NCBI RefSeq assembly: GCF_036321535.1
Contig: NC_087436.1
Location: 7,006,001 to 7,070,000, forward strand
Origin: Camelus dromedarius
Taxonomy: Eukaryota
Length of the DNA: 64,000 nucleotides
Direction of reading: 5' to 3'
Shown here: positions 23,537 through 37,099 of the stretch, one piece after another
Numbering within the stretch: the first letter of the stretch is position 1
Layout: each line of letters opens with the position of its first letter
Position numbers and translations under genes: made by a program
The notes under the pieces: model-generated
Databases searched by the model: none
What the model saw: only the letters and a program-made list of their open reading frames with translations
Told to the model about the DNA's origin: nothing

Positions 23537-26500
23537 GTAAGTAGTGCGGGTACTGCTTGTGTTTCCACGGCACGTCATAGAGAACTGCTTTAAAATGGGA
23601 ATCATCGCTGTCTCTGCAGGGAAGACAGGGCTTTTAGAGGCTAGGCTAGTCTGCTTGGAGGAGGGAGGGTAAGTTACAGCGAGCTCGTCCTTCCAATGTT
23701 GCTGTGGTTTTAAAAAAGAAAAAATTTAAATGCGACCAATAGTTCACGTAAAGCAAGATCGCGGGCGCTGGGGAATATCGGGCAGCTGCTTTTGATAATC
23801 AGAAATTAAAGCTGGACAGTTCGGCTTTCACTTAACACTTGAATAGTTTCTTAAAAATATTTTGTTAGTCGAACTGAATGAGCGAGCGTGAAAAGGTTGT
23901 TGGGAACGGGCGTGTGTAGTAAGGGATTCACATGTGGGTTTGCGGACGGAGGGAGGGTTTGGTTATTGATTTGGTAATGACCATCTGTGGGACTCGTGGA
24001 CTTCTGAACGTGGATTAATCGCTGATGAAGACACGGTTTTTTTTTTAATGCCCCAAGTATTGCTTCTTTCTAATTGATCCCACGAGTCTGCCGTGCGTTT
24101 GTCATGCTCACATCCCCGAGGCAGCTACTGCTGCTTGTGACAAGCACTTTTCTGTGGCTCACACCTAATCCGAGCCTCCTGTTTCAGGGATGTGAGTTCT
24201 CACAGGCTGCTTTTATATCACATTGGAAGTTTTCTGCCGTCACACTAATTCATGTGTTTTAAATATATATATTTAAATCCCCCAAATGAAAATGCATAGA
24301 TACATTTAGGCAGCTTAGATGCAGCTAGTCTAAGCATTTTTAAAATGTCCGTTTTTGCATCCTGGCATCACTATTGCATTAGGGTGTCGTCTTAGGGTGC
24401 AAGTGTTGTACTAGGGTGTTGGAATGATCTTTCGTGTGTTCTAGGAAGGTTGAGATGTTAAACTTTGCAAATGGAGATAAACTGAAAATTCATAGACGGA
24501 AGGCCATGAGTTAGAATGCTTAGATGCCCAGGTTGATGGACAGTTTGGTTTTGTTCATCATTATAAACAGAATTACTAACTAAAGCCACGAGGTCTTCCG
24601 AGACAAAATGACTCTGAAGGCGTCGCCCCGCATTTCCCATGAACCTCAGGTTGGTCCTGAGGCAGCGGCTGTGCTGGGAGCGTGTCCTGACGCTGTGCTG
24701 AGCGCCCAGCCCCCTCACCATGCAATGCTGGTGGTACCTTCAGATCAGATCCGAAAAGAAGACAGGCCTCACATCTAACTTCACTGCTAAGAAAGGCTGT
24801 TATGGAGAGGCTCCTCTGTGGTCAGGTTTTATTAACAGGGCCATTGGCGTGACGCTCGACTGTACTCATGATTTTTCCAGGTACGAGCGAGACCATTACT
24901 TAAACTACACGTGGGGAACCTCAGAAGCCAAGTTCAGATCACGGGCTCCTTGTTTGCCCTTTTCATATATCCTTTCCCAAAATGGAGGGCAGGGTTATTT
25001 AAATTAATAATAATACAATTTTAATGAGCAAAGAAAACTGTTAGAAGTGTTTATTGGTGGGGGAGGAGAATGTAACACTGGATTTGTGAGAATGAGCCGT
25101 CAGGACAGAAAGAGAGTGCATAGTGGGCCAGGACACCTATTCCGAAAACATGCTTGTTTCCTGACAAATGCTTTATGTGTTACTGAAGTCCAGGGCGATG
25201 CTATGACGGAAGAAACACTGGCCATGAAACAGCTTTGAAGCAAGCCGTGTCTAGAAGCCACGTCAGGCACCCACTGGGGTACTTTGGCTTCATGTTGAAG
25301 GACCAGAGCTGGGCATTCATGGAGCGTCCTGGGGGGCCGAGTTGTGGGGTGACGCTCTTAGGGTCTTGCTGTGAGGTCCTTGCTGAGGAGCCCTTTGCTT
25401 ATCCAGACTTCGCTGTTTTATCGAGCGAGCCCCCAGGATTTTAATTATATACGAGGACCTGAATGGGTGAATTGTTACGCTGGCTTGCGCCTAATGGGGA
25501 ACTCAGTAAATAGTTTTTGAGCAAAGATGCGTGGAACACCCCTCTGTTGACCTGTGAGGTTTTTTGAGGGTAATGTCAGAGCTAATTTTAAATGAATAAT
25601 ATTTAGTAATTTCACAGGTACTTCCATTTTTGCTTCTTTGAAAAGTTGGTGGCTTTTCACGTGGCTTTGCTGCTTTGACTTTAGGAGGGAGTGAGATACT
25701 GAAAAGCAGACACGTTAAATTGGGGGCTTTTTTTAAAGCGATGGTTGGGCACAAGGGGTGGACCCAGTTGTTCTGCTTGGTGAGACTCAGATTTTATGGG
25801 CTTGTAGTCTTTTCCTGTCGAGAATTTCCTCTGTGCATTGTCCCCGCTGCTGGCACGTAACAGATGTATGAGAAATAGCGTTGAATTTCTCATTTAAATG
25901 GATTTGGGGACTAACGAAGTCCCATTTAACCCAGTAAACTGGCACCTTTCACATATTTTATCACCTCTCCGCTCCCTGCCCTGGGTCCAGTTGCCAGCGC
26001 TGAGGCCACTACCCGCGCGTCCCCAGGACGCCCCCGACACTGGGCTCTGTGCTTACCGCCCGCCTAGTGCTTCTGGTTGTTCTTCAGAGCAGCCTTGTCA
26101 TTTTGTGGATTTTGAAAATAAAAGGAGATGATTAACATTTTTTAAAATGTATAAAACTGCGTTTTTCAGGAAGACTACCATGGGACACTAGTTGTGTACA
26201 CTGTGAATAGATGTTACGGGAAAAAAGTTTCACAAGCTTATTTAGTAAGTTGGGGAAAACCTGGAGGTGACGTCAGTGGTGCCCCCTCCACTTACCAACC
26301 ATTCTGTGTTCTATGCGCCCCTCCCTTGGTCCACCGCCCCCGCTCTTCTGTTAACTAACTGCAAGAGTGTTCCTGAAGCCTGCTTTTGAAAATCACGTGA
26401 TGTAGGGTGCCCGAGAAACTTTGTACAATTTTTGAATGAATCACTTAAGGTAAATCAACTTGATACTATCAAACTGGTCATCTATTTTCCAGTTGCACAT

Positions 26501-26850
26501 TTTTTAATAGAAATTATTGATGCATGTAGTATCCTGTACTTATTGTAATAAATAAGACCTCAGTCACGATTAAACATTTTAGAAAGTGATGGGCATAAGA
26601 AAACGCCTACTTAAATGCGGGGCCTGAATGGCATCAGGTCTCGTGTATTGAGCACTTACTATACAGCAGCAGCGATACTGCGTATTGTGTGACTGAATTA
26701 TTACAGCAGCCCTCTAAAGAGAGGTTTACTGCCACCTTTTTAGAGCTGATGGAATAAGGCTTAGCGTGATTAAAAAATACTTCTTTCCGTAGACTAGTGA
26801 TGGTGGAGTCGTCATTGGAACCTAGGCATGTCTGATTTCATAGCCCTGCT

Positions 26851-26993
26851 TTAAAAAAAAAAAAAAACATTCAGGGACATGGTAATTAAGTTTATTTAGT
26901 TAGTTTTTTAAGTGGAGGTGCCAGGAATTGAACCCAGGACCTCACACATGCTGAGCACATGCTCTACCACTGAGCTATACCAGCCCCCCTCCG
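26851..26993 (-). mobile_element. tRNA-Ala-derived SINE (Vic-1-type) inserted in a MIR
   Basis: Reverse-complement tRNA head at 26913-26985; 12-nt TSD CATAGCCCTGCT at 26839-26850 and 26994-27005. Confidence 0.9.
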
Positions 26994-27840
26994 CATAGCC
27001 CTGCTCTAACCACCAGCCTAATGCAGCTTCTCCTTATGTGGCCAGATTTAGTCTAAATTAGGCGTGTAGGTTGTAGCGCTATCAGAGCTGATGCTGACTG
27101 CTGGAATACACAACGTGAAAAGTGCCTTTCTCCTGCTAGTCTTGTATTTCTGGGTGTGCGTGGTGTTCTAAGTCCTTTATATGAAAGAACAACAGTATCA
27201 TGATAAAAATTATTTTGTAAAACTTTTATAAGAATCGTTTTATAAAGCTCCTGTCCTCTGCGGTGTTACCCTGAGACCTGAATTGGGGGATCAGGGCTCG
27301 ATGCCCTGCAGGGGGTTCCTTCTCCCTCCTGCTGTCTTGTCTTTGGCTCCACCGTACCTTCCATTTTTTACCTCTTCCCACGTGAGCTTGACCCTCAACT
27401 TCCTCGGCACCACTTGTGACGTCTGCTGGCCTGAGCTGGCCACTCGTGTCGCTGGAAGCCCCAGGCCTTGCTGTTCCGTGCCTCCCTTTCTGCTTCAGTG
27501 GAGTCTGAGCACTTCTGAGGTCCGGACTGGCCATGGCTCATCTGGGGCCACAGGTACCAGTTTCATCACTTGAACTGTAAGTCTCCATCCCTGCTGGTCA
27601 CGGAGACCCTCTGCCGTCCACCGTTTCTCGCTCGGGAGCCTGTTTTCCCCAGGCTGTGCCTTTTCCAGTCAGGATGAGCCACTCTGATGCTCTGATTCCA
27701 AGCACCCGGGGCTCCCTCTCCTCCCACCCCCCAGCCTGCAGTGCCTTCTGCTCAACTTTTGCTCATTGGCTTCCTGTCTCTTCATGTTTACCTCTGCCTC
27801 CTCTGAGTAATGATTTAGTGGCACTTCAGATGTAATTCTT

Positions 27841-28229
27841 CTTTTTTAATGAATTATATAAAATCACCTTAAAAGGTGATGCATTTTTTATATACTTATA
27901 TTTTTATTGAAGTATATAGTCCGTTGACAATGTTGTGTCAATTTCTGGTGTACAGCATCATGTCTCAGTCATATAGAAACATACATATATTCGTTTTCAT
28001 ATTCTTTTTCGCCATAAGTTACTACAAGGTATTAAATATAGTTCCCCGTGCTATACAGGATGAACTTGTTTTACCGGATTTGGTGAGAATCCTCCTGTAT
28101 TTTGAAGCGAGAGACATTGCCAGAGTTCAGTAGGCATTCCGTACGATTCAGTGGGTTTGTAGATGTAATTCTTGGTGTATTTGTGGGAGAGGGTGAGCTG
28201 TGAGTCTGTCTACTCCACCACCTTGGCCA
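27841..28229 (-). mobile_element. Short L1-derived insertion: L1 5'-end-like segment (~155 nt) fused to L1 3' end (~175 nt) plus tail, TSD-flanked
   Basis: 27901-28072 is the L1 3' terminus also seen at 44040, 56770 and 30497. 28074-28229 reads on the minus strand CAAGGTGGTGGAGTAG…CTCACCCTCTCCCACAAATACACC, like an L1 5' start. Flanks AGATGTAATTCTT (27828-27840) and AGACATAATTCTT (28230-28242). Confidence 0.75.
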
Positions 28230-29891
28230 AGACATAATTCTTAATGTTGTTAATTCTTCTAATTGGTTCTGGAGGTTGGTTTGGTCTTCGTGGTCTGATG
28301 AGACACCGAATCGAGTGAACGCGCCTGCTCCCTCGCTATGCGTGGAATTCAGAACTGTCCATCGGCTGTTAAGAGCACAGTGGAGAGAAGGCTTTTCCAG
28401 GTTGGGAGGATAGTAAGGGAGGGTCCAAGCCAGGGAGACGTGGAGGAGACGTGAAATTAGATGATGAGGACGCACTGAGATCGTTGCTGTTGGAATGGGT
28501 GATGCCCGGGGATTAGGTTCCTACAGGCGACAGCGGGGACGGTGTTAGGATCCCTGACAAATTAATTAATGGCTCTAATTTGAAGACGCAGCCCAGGAGT
28601 GTAACCTCCTCTTTCTCCTCTCACCCCGCCTTCCTGTCTTTAACCAGAAAAGAGTTAAGAAATCTCAATTTAAAAAGAATTGCTTCTATCCTAGCATGGC
28701 AGTCTGACCTTGTCTGTAAACACTGGGTAGAGTGTCTTTTTAATATAATTTGATTGATGCATTTTCCTGAGCAGTGGAGGAAATAGTGCCAGGATTATTT
28801 ATAGCTGTTAGGTTATGCCTCTTTTGAGTTAAGACTCCACCTTTTCTTTATCTGATCTTTATTGTGTCTATTATGACAGATACGTTTCCTGAGATGAAAT
28901 AAACTTACCTCTGGGGGAGGTTTTCCACTATGCTGGCGAACAGAGGCCGGAGAGGAAGCAGTTTCCTATTGTTTTATTCAAGGGCAAGGTCACCTTGCCT
29001 TGGATTTGGGCCAAGAAACCCTGGCAACAAATAATAGATCTTTTTTACCCTGTTAGAAGTAAAGAAGTATATTTTAGAAACTTGCTGATGCATTGCACAC
29101 ACTACTTATAAGACTGAAAAAAGCTCTATCTTGTTGTAGGACATTTAAAGAAAAATCTTGACTTTTAGTCAAAAAACCAAGCACACTTCCCAGCCTTGCT
29201 TTTAAATATTGTTTAGTAATTCACTTAAATATAGACTGCATACAAATAAAATCAACTAAGATTAGTGGAAAAGAGAATGATCAATTTAAAAAACACTCAA
29301 ATGCGTCATATTAGGATATCAATTATTTCTTCTCCTTTAACTATTTAATCATACTATGATTAAAATTACAGTTTTTATTTCTCATTTAAGACATCACACT
29401 TTAAATGTTTGAAATATTGATACTTAATTTAAACCAAAATAAATGCTCTGTAAATGCATGTAGCTATAATTATCCCTGAAATATAACCTGGAATTTCTCT
29501 GTCCATTTCCTTGATTTTAGGCCTGACCACACTCTTAAATATTTTATTCAGGTGATCTGTTTAAGAATCCTGCCAAGAGCGATGGTGTGGTTTTCCTCTT
29601 TTTCCTGTGCTAATAATCATATAAAATTGTTTTTATTTAATTTCAGAACTTAATGAAGTGCTTTTTCATGCTTACTTTAGGTGCCTGGTTTTAAAAAAAA
29701 GTTACATGTTACTGCCATGTCCGTAGCAGTCTCTTTCTTCTAAACTTTTGAAAACCTTTCCTAGTTGAATCAAATGACCATGTTATCATTATCCATATGT
29801 TTTATTTGGATGATTTAGTTGTAACCTTTAAAAAAAATAGATTTTAAAATCAAAAGCAAACGAGTGTCTGGATGTACCTAGAGATATACCC

Positions 29892-29897
<6 letters not shown>

Positions 29898-29924
<27 letters not shown>

Positions 29925-29932
29925 CATTGTGT

Positions 29933-29968
<36 letters not shown>
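29898..29968. repeat. Compound microsatellite (GA)n-(TG)n-(GA)n
   Basis: Directly visible. Confidence 0.95.
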
Positions 29969-30481
29969 TTTAAATGACATTTAGTAAATGTCCTCCGGGC
30001 GGGGGGGGAGGACTCTGTTAATTTCCTTGTCCTGAGATCTTTGCTTTCTTGGACCTCCTTATTTGTCTTCATCATTAAGAAATGGTCTTCATTTTTGAAG
30101 ACCTGACATACGTTTGTGATTATTTCCATTCACAGCATTGACATGCCAGTGTGCTTAGTACTGTCCTCAGGTGTTACACAGAGTGAGTTAAATAATAGTG
30201 TCTGTTTTCGGGACTCTAGATAAGAAGCTTGTACAAAACCACACAACAGACCATAAATGCACATTTATACTCTAAAGCACATAAAGAAAGGATGGCACAG
30301 AGCACACTCCCAAAAGCAGTGTGTCCCTCTGTGCGGTGGACCACACATGGGGTCGCCTCAAGCCCTGGGTCCCTGCCTTGCCTTTCTTTCCTGTTGGCTT
30401 AGAAACACCCTTGGCACATAGAACTGGTCAGTTATCAGCCTCTGCCATTTCTTCTTATTGACTCAACCTCTAGCCCAGGCC

Positions 30482-30752
30482 TTTCTTTCTTTTTTTTTAA
30501 TTGACGTATAGTCAGTTTACAGTGTTGCATTAATTTCTGGTTTACAGCATCGTGTCTCAGTCATCCACGTACATACACATATTCCCTTGCAGATTCTTTT
30601 CCGTAGTAGATTACTAGAAGATACTGACTCTAGCTACCTGTGCTATACAGAAGGACCTCGTTGTTCATGTATTTTATTTTTATTTTGTATTTATTTATTT
30701 TTATTTTTTAAACTTTTTTTATTGAGTTATAGTCATTTTACAATGTTGTGTA
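30482..30752 (-). mobile_element. Two adjacent/nested 5'-truncated L1 3' ends
   Basis: ttaattgacgtatagtcagtttac…tgtgctatacag…, then a second tttattgagttatagtcattttacaatgttgtgt. Confidence 0.8.
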
Positions 30753-32187
30753 AAAGTGTCACTATATGTAGATGACATGATGCTCTGTGTTGTTCATCTG
30801 CTGTATTTGAGCCCAGGCCTTTTATGTTAGTTATGCTGTATGCCCTCCCCCCCATACACATCTGCACATCTCTCTCTATATATATGTGTAAATGCACAGC
30901 GTGTATATGCTGTATAATGATTGACCTTGTTTCATTGCAGTCTGTGATGCGCCGTATCTGCATAACTTGTCAGTCAGCCCCCACCTGTCTTTCTTTTGTT
31001 CTTCAAGTCGTTGTACAAATACCCCGCACATGCTTCAGCTCTCCTGATTTCACATCAGGGCACCAGATCCTCTTTGCAAGTCACCCTGCATGTTCATTAT
31101 AAACGCTGTTCTCAGGGACATTTCAGATATGGATTAACTCTGCAATTTTTTCATCAATAAAGCAACAATCCAAAAAACACCTTTGAATGACTAAGGTATG
31201 AGTTCTTCTTTCGTGAGCTCCAGAGAAGTACGTTACTGGTTTATCCTATTGATTTGGTTTGATTATAACATGAAATATACCACCCCCCACCCGCATAGAC
31301 GCACATGTTTCATGCGTGTGTGTGGGCTTGTGTAAATATGATTAATCCACAATCTCGTTTCTAATTGAGTCGGTAGAAAAAGCCAGAATTCTGTAGTTTA
31401 TCGATAAAGGCTAATTTTCAGGGGTATCAGTAAATGTGTGTGATCTCTTGTGACAAACATTTGATTTTCTGACTGCTCTGTTTTAGACATCTTAAAAGTG
31501 CAGGTTACAATGAGGGCCTCTTATAGGTTATTTCCACAGATCAGCATCTCACTGTGCGCAGTGTCACGCCTCTCGTAGCAGAAGACAGTGAAACATGCTA
31601 TAAAAAATGTGTAGAATTGTAATCTTTTGATGGTCTCTATTCTCCTCAGAAAAAAAGCATGAGTTCATCCTGACATTTTTGCCCTTTAAGTATTTTTAAT
31701 ACATGAAAACTCTCTTTTTTATTTTCCTCAGTAATCAAGAAAAATTTGGAGGTAAGTGGGAGTGTCATGGCATGTAGTTTTTCTGAGCATTGTGGAACTG
31801 GGACGTGCACAGTACCTTTAAGATTAGTGGAGAGGAGTGCTTAGAGTTGTCAGGAAGGACTGGAAAGGAGTCTGTAGTCACTGGGCCGCAGAGGCTGGGG
31901 TAGAGGTGGGAGTGGGGGGCAAGGTTGGCGGAAGTTGGTGATAGGTCCAGTTCACTTCCAGGTTTCCAGCGACTGAGGCTGTAAAGGATGGAGTTCACTT
32001 TTTCTTTATGGCTAATTAACCTCACACTTATTTGTTTTCTTTAAAGTACCCTCTTCTTCATTTGAAATGGCAACTGAAAGACATGAATGCTTTATAATAC
32101 CTTCATTATTATATTAATCTATAAGGACTTCTGTTTCTTGTTGAAATTAATTTCACTTGTGGAAACAATCAGAATGTCAAAAATCAT

Positions 32188-32260
32188 ATTGTACTGTACA
32201 CCAGAAATTGATACAACGTTGTAAACTGACTATACTTTAATAAAAATATATTTTTAAAAA
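32188..32260 (+). mobile_element. Very short L1 3' terminus
   Basis: ctgtacaccagaaattgatacaacgttgtaaactgactatactttaataaaaa. Confidence 0.75.
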
Positions 32261-35149
32261 GTCAAAATCATGCATACTACTTTAGGGGTAACACTGGCCT
32301 CAATATAAAAATAATTCAAAATTATTACCTTATTTATAAGAGATGCCCTTCGAATAGCCAAACTGATTTTCGGTGCTCATTTTGTTTTGTGTGATGGCTG
32401 TTTAGGGAGCAGTTTGGTCTGGGGTTTGTCCGTGATTACTTTGTTTTTAGTTTTGTGCAAAATTTTTTATTTAAAAAATATGTAGCTATACCTATGTTCT
32501 TTAAAGAAAAAATAGAAAACAAGTGAAGACAAGGACAGAAAGAGAATCACAATTATACCGTCCAGATAAAACCATTGGTAACACTTTGATACATATCCTC
32601 ATAGAAATCTTGTTTATATCATACCCTCGCATTTTGTCTGGCAATATTTGTTCTTGATTCCCTCCCCACCCTCCCGGCTGCCCCCAAATATACGTAGAAG
32701 ATACATTTAAGGACAACCTTACTTAAGAGACACATTGTAACTATTATGAACCTTCTGTCACAAACTCCTTTGTCTGTTTTATAGTTTTAATGTTTGCCAT
32801 ATAATATATATTAATATATAACATGATCAGTGTATTATATATAATATTTTTTAAATTGAGGGAAAAGTTATTTACTTACGAGCTTCTTTAGTTAGTGTTG
32901 GAATTCCATTCCAATATGGGAAAGAAAGAATACAGGGTGATTTTAATAAAGTTTACTATAGTCATATCATTGTGCTTTTCTTAAAGTTTATGCAAAAGTT
33001 TAAGATACAAGAAGTCAGTATTAAAGTGTCAACAGAGAAAGAAGTGAACTTCTAAATAGCTTAGCTAGAGAAAATGTGAACACCCGGGACAGCTTTCCTT
33101 TCCGCTTCCCATCCCTGCTGCACGGCTGTCTTTTATCCCAGATGTCCTTTCACCATGCTCCTTTAGTTGGCGTATTTCCAGACTTCTCTGCCCTTTATTG
33201 TCCTGTTTTCGTCATGCCTCCCTGAAAAAAAAATAACAACCTGACGTAAATAAGATTTAAGGAATGTCTTTGAAGGGAAAACATCACAGAAGTTGACAGT
33301 AGTGATATTACAGGAAAAGTTCATTTTGCTCCAGAAAAAGAGCCGTGGGTAACCTAAATGCCTCAGTTTTTTCTCAGAGCAAGACTATGTAGGGTCTGTC
33401 TTTGAACAGAAGAGGAGAATATAGATTACAGTCTTCATTCAATAAAAGTGCCTTCGGTGTCAGCGAAATAACATGTCAAACTGAGTACCTACTAAATCAG
33501 TAGCTAGTAAGAAGTAGATCTATATTGATATTAAAGTATATGGATTAAAAGAAATACGCTTTTATATCAGAAACCCACTGATGAGTGCCACAGTGTTCTC
33601 AAACCACTGGGAAAAATGGACTGTAGTGGGGATGAAAAAATACAGAAAGTAATGTGAATGTTGTGCTTTTTTTCACCTAAGTTTAATTTTGTTTGTTTTG
33701 AAATTACGTGTTCTACTTACTTGCCTTTTGAAAAGAGAAAATTAATGATGCATTTTGAACATTTCCTTGTGGGTTTTATCCAAGTCCTATAAAAGTGATT
33801 TCAAAATATGATTTGAAACTTGTGTGTCTGGTTGGAGTAGCATATATTTAAAGGCAGGGGAAGCAGGAGGGACGGGAAATGCGAAGGAGTGCCCGGCGGG
33901 AATGTCACGTGTGCCTTGAGTGGTCCACCGAGAGGGAAGTCAGGCGTGAGCTGTGCCGCAGGCGAGGAGGGGAGACGAGCAGGGTGGAAGGGAAAAGGAA
34001 AAGGGGGCCTTCTTGGCAGGTATACAGAATGAGGGCAAGCACTGAGTGGAAGGGGTTTGCATACAGCGGTGAGGGGACCAGCGTGGCTGGGATGGAGGGC
34101 AGCTGGAGGAAGGCAGGTTGGAGGGAGAGGGGGAGGCCTTTGCATGTCGGGTCTGAGAGCTTTGGCCTCCTGCTGTAGACGTATGTCATAATCAGAAAGC
34201 CACTAATGGTAGGAGAATGAGGAAATCAAAGTGTGTTGGGGCAGGTGACGGTGTTCGCAGTTTGGGCTCCAAAGTCGGGGCATCCCGGTTGGGTGCTCAG
34301 ACCATCTGATGATCTGGACAGAGCTGACTAATCCAAGACCCTGCGGGTCGGTCCACCTGACTTTAAATGACCTAGTATTTTCTTTTCACTGACTGTGCGA
34401 TGGGTCCTGATTTCAAAGATGCTGAAGTGAGAAAGAAGCTGTGTACCCTTGAGCCCGTGCAGTGCCATGGCAGCCACGCTAGTGTGATTAAGAGCGAAAC
34501 ACAGCAGCGTTTGTGTGTTGCAGTCACGGCAGCGGGTGTGTCGCCGTGGAACTGGATACACAAAGTCGCTGGTTTGAGGGAAGTGTTTGGTCTTGGTTGT
34601 TCGGCGGGAAGTCGTGGCCTCTGTCGCAGACTTGCTCCCAGATGAGCAGCGGGAGGGAACCTGCTGACCTGTGCCCTGAGTCTCACAGGTGGGGGGGCCA
34701 GGAGGGCACCGGGCAGCGGGAGCCCACCCGCTGGGTGAGGGTGAAACAAAGGCATTTGGGACAGAGAGATTTTGGAGGCTTTAAGTAGCGCATCAGAGTC
34801 ATCCTCACAGAGGAGCTAGGAGCCCGAGGTGAGATGAGGGTAGAGATGCGCTGCTCCCGCAAGGGCTCACTGCCGTGCTCGTGTCATTGATATGGCGCTG
34901 AATTGTTCTTGCCCCCAAGGAACCTGGATACTGCGGTCACTGCCCAGGGGTCCGCAGGAGTTCCCGGAACCGAGCCGTGCGTGGGCGAGGGGGACTCTAA
35001 CTCAGAAAGTGAAGCCACTCCCAGTAGTCACCCACCTGTAAAAATAACCCAGTCTAGGGGATAGTTTGTACACGTGGTAATGAAAACTGTCACCCGAGCA
35101 GTGGTCACCTTGGTGCAGAAAGTTACGGGAAGGCAAGGGATTGGTGAGC

Positions 35150-35740
35150 ACCGTAGCCTCGTGGTCAGAGCTGTGTTCTGACTTGGCCCTGACTTGCCAA
35201 GTGACCCTAGTAGCTACGCTGTTTAGTTTTTCTATGGCACAGAATCCTCATTTGTAAAATGGAGATAATAGGGTCGTCAGGAGATCAGAGGTACGTCTGT
35301 AAAGTGCTTAGAGTAATTCATGGCCCATAATAAGAACAGTTCTTAAATTTTTAAAAAGATGTTGCTTATCCAGGAGGTAAGGAAGATGAAATCTGCCTTG
35401 CAGGTGGGTCAGAGGCTGTGTGTTAGGTTTTCCCTCTGCTTAGATGACACGTCCTTAAGTTGATTTTCTTTTTTACTCTACAATTCCATGCTCAGCAAGC
35501 AGCTTTCTGTTTACTAATTCAGTATTACAGCCCCCCCCGCCCTTAAAAAAAAAGCAATAGTGTCATTAGCTACAGTTGAAGGCTTCCTGTCCTCTTAGGC
35601 AGAGTTCTAAATACTTCTCATATGTTATCATGTGATCCTCACAACAATATAAGTAGGGGTCCTCTTTTTAGACACAAAGAAATCAAGGCTTAGAGAAGTC
35701 AGGTAACTTTCCCGAAGTCATACAGCTAAGACACAGGGGA
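35150..35740. mobile_element. MIR SINE copies (two, opposite orientation)
   Basis: cctcatttgtaaaatggagataata…gtaaagtgcttag and gaaatcaaggcttagagaagtcaggtaactttcccgaagtcatacagcta MIR core motifs. Confidence 0.7.
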
Positions 35741-37099
35741 GCCAGTGGCAGTCCTTTGTTGTGCATGTAGACACACACATGCACACACATACACACGTGT
35801 GCACGTGGGGATCTCTTCTGGAAGCTACAAGAGGTGCCTAAATTGCTCCAAGTACATTATTTCAGGGATGCCCCATTTCCTTGTCTTCTATGCGTCCTGT
35901 GGGTTCTAATTCTTGTCGGGAAGTCTGAGAACAGGTGACTCCAACCCCTACGTTCAGTGCTGATTTCCTTTAGGGTACGTTTCAGAGGGATTTCATATAT
36001 GTTATGTGGTAACTGCCATGCCTAGCATAAAATACAGAGTCCTTTGATCTTGAAGGAAATAAAAGCAATATATTTTGTCCCCCTTGAAGCTTGGCCCACA
36101 TTGCAAGAATACCATTTTGTGTTGAAGAATTATTCTACCTCGTTACATGAAAGTTTCCCCTTGTTAATTCAACTTTTTACAGGAAGGTCTTGGTGCTTTT
36201 CTGAGAATTCCCATCTGTGTGGTTCTCCAGAGCTCTCTCATATTACTCTGATACTAGACTTGAATATAGGAAAGAATCCTGTTTTTGACTTGTTGGTGAA
36301 TGATGTTAATAGTCTCTTAATTTGTTAGATACTGATTTATAAGGAGCTAATTTTAGCCGATAGCCAGAGAAAGAGTTCTCAGACAGACAGACTTAGCAGC
36401 ATTGTCTCAGCCATTTAAAATACAGATATGAATAATAACTGGGTCCACCTTCGTTACAATTTTGACATTTCTTTAACTTGCATCACTTTAACACCTGTTC
36501 TTGGGACCGTGGAATATGATCATAACTTGTGGAAAGCGGTGCTTTAACCTGTAACGAAGTGACCTGAAATCCAACGCGCATGGCCCTCTGTGCGCTGAGA
36601 ACAGTCTTGTGTTGGCCGTGCTGACGGCCCCGGGTTGGGTATCCGTTCTCTGTAAGTAGGGAGATGGGCGGGGCCGTGTCCTGGGCAGAGTGACAGGACA
36701 TCCTTCGAAGTGGATGAATCAAGTACTGGCTTTGTTAACCTCAGGTGTACACATGACTGTACGTGATTTCTTTTCTGTTTTCACTCTGTTCCCTCCTGCC
36801 AGTGCTATCCAAAGATGCTGTGGGAAAAGATACTGCCGTTAGCTGCTTTATAATAAAGTTCATGAGTGGCTAGAAGTGTTAGCTGGAGCTAGAGGGCACG
36901 AGGGATGCACATTGAACTGTCCCTGGAGCCGAGCTCACTCATTACCGCCCCCAGTGCAGTCATCTTCACGCACGTGATGAGGACCTTTAAGCAAAATCTT
37001 GATTTCAACTGACCCTTTCCCTGTAGAAATAGAAAGGAAGGAACTCTCCCAGCCAAGTTTTTTGTGTAGGACAACAATAAAATGCTTTACGTACGGGGA

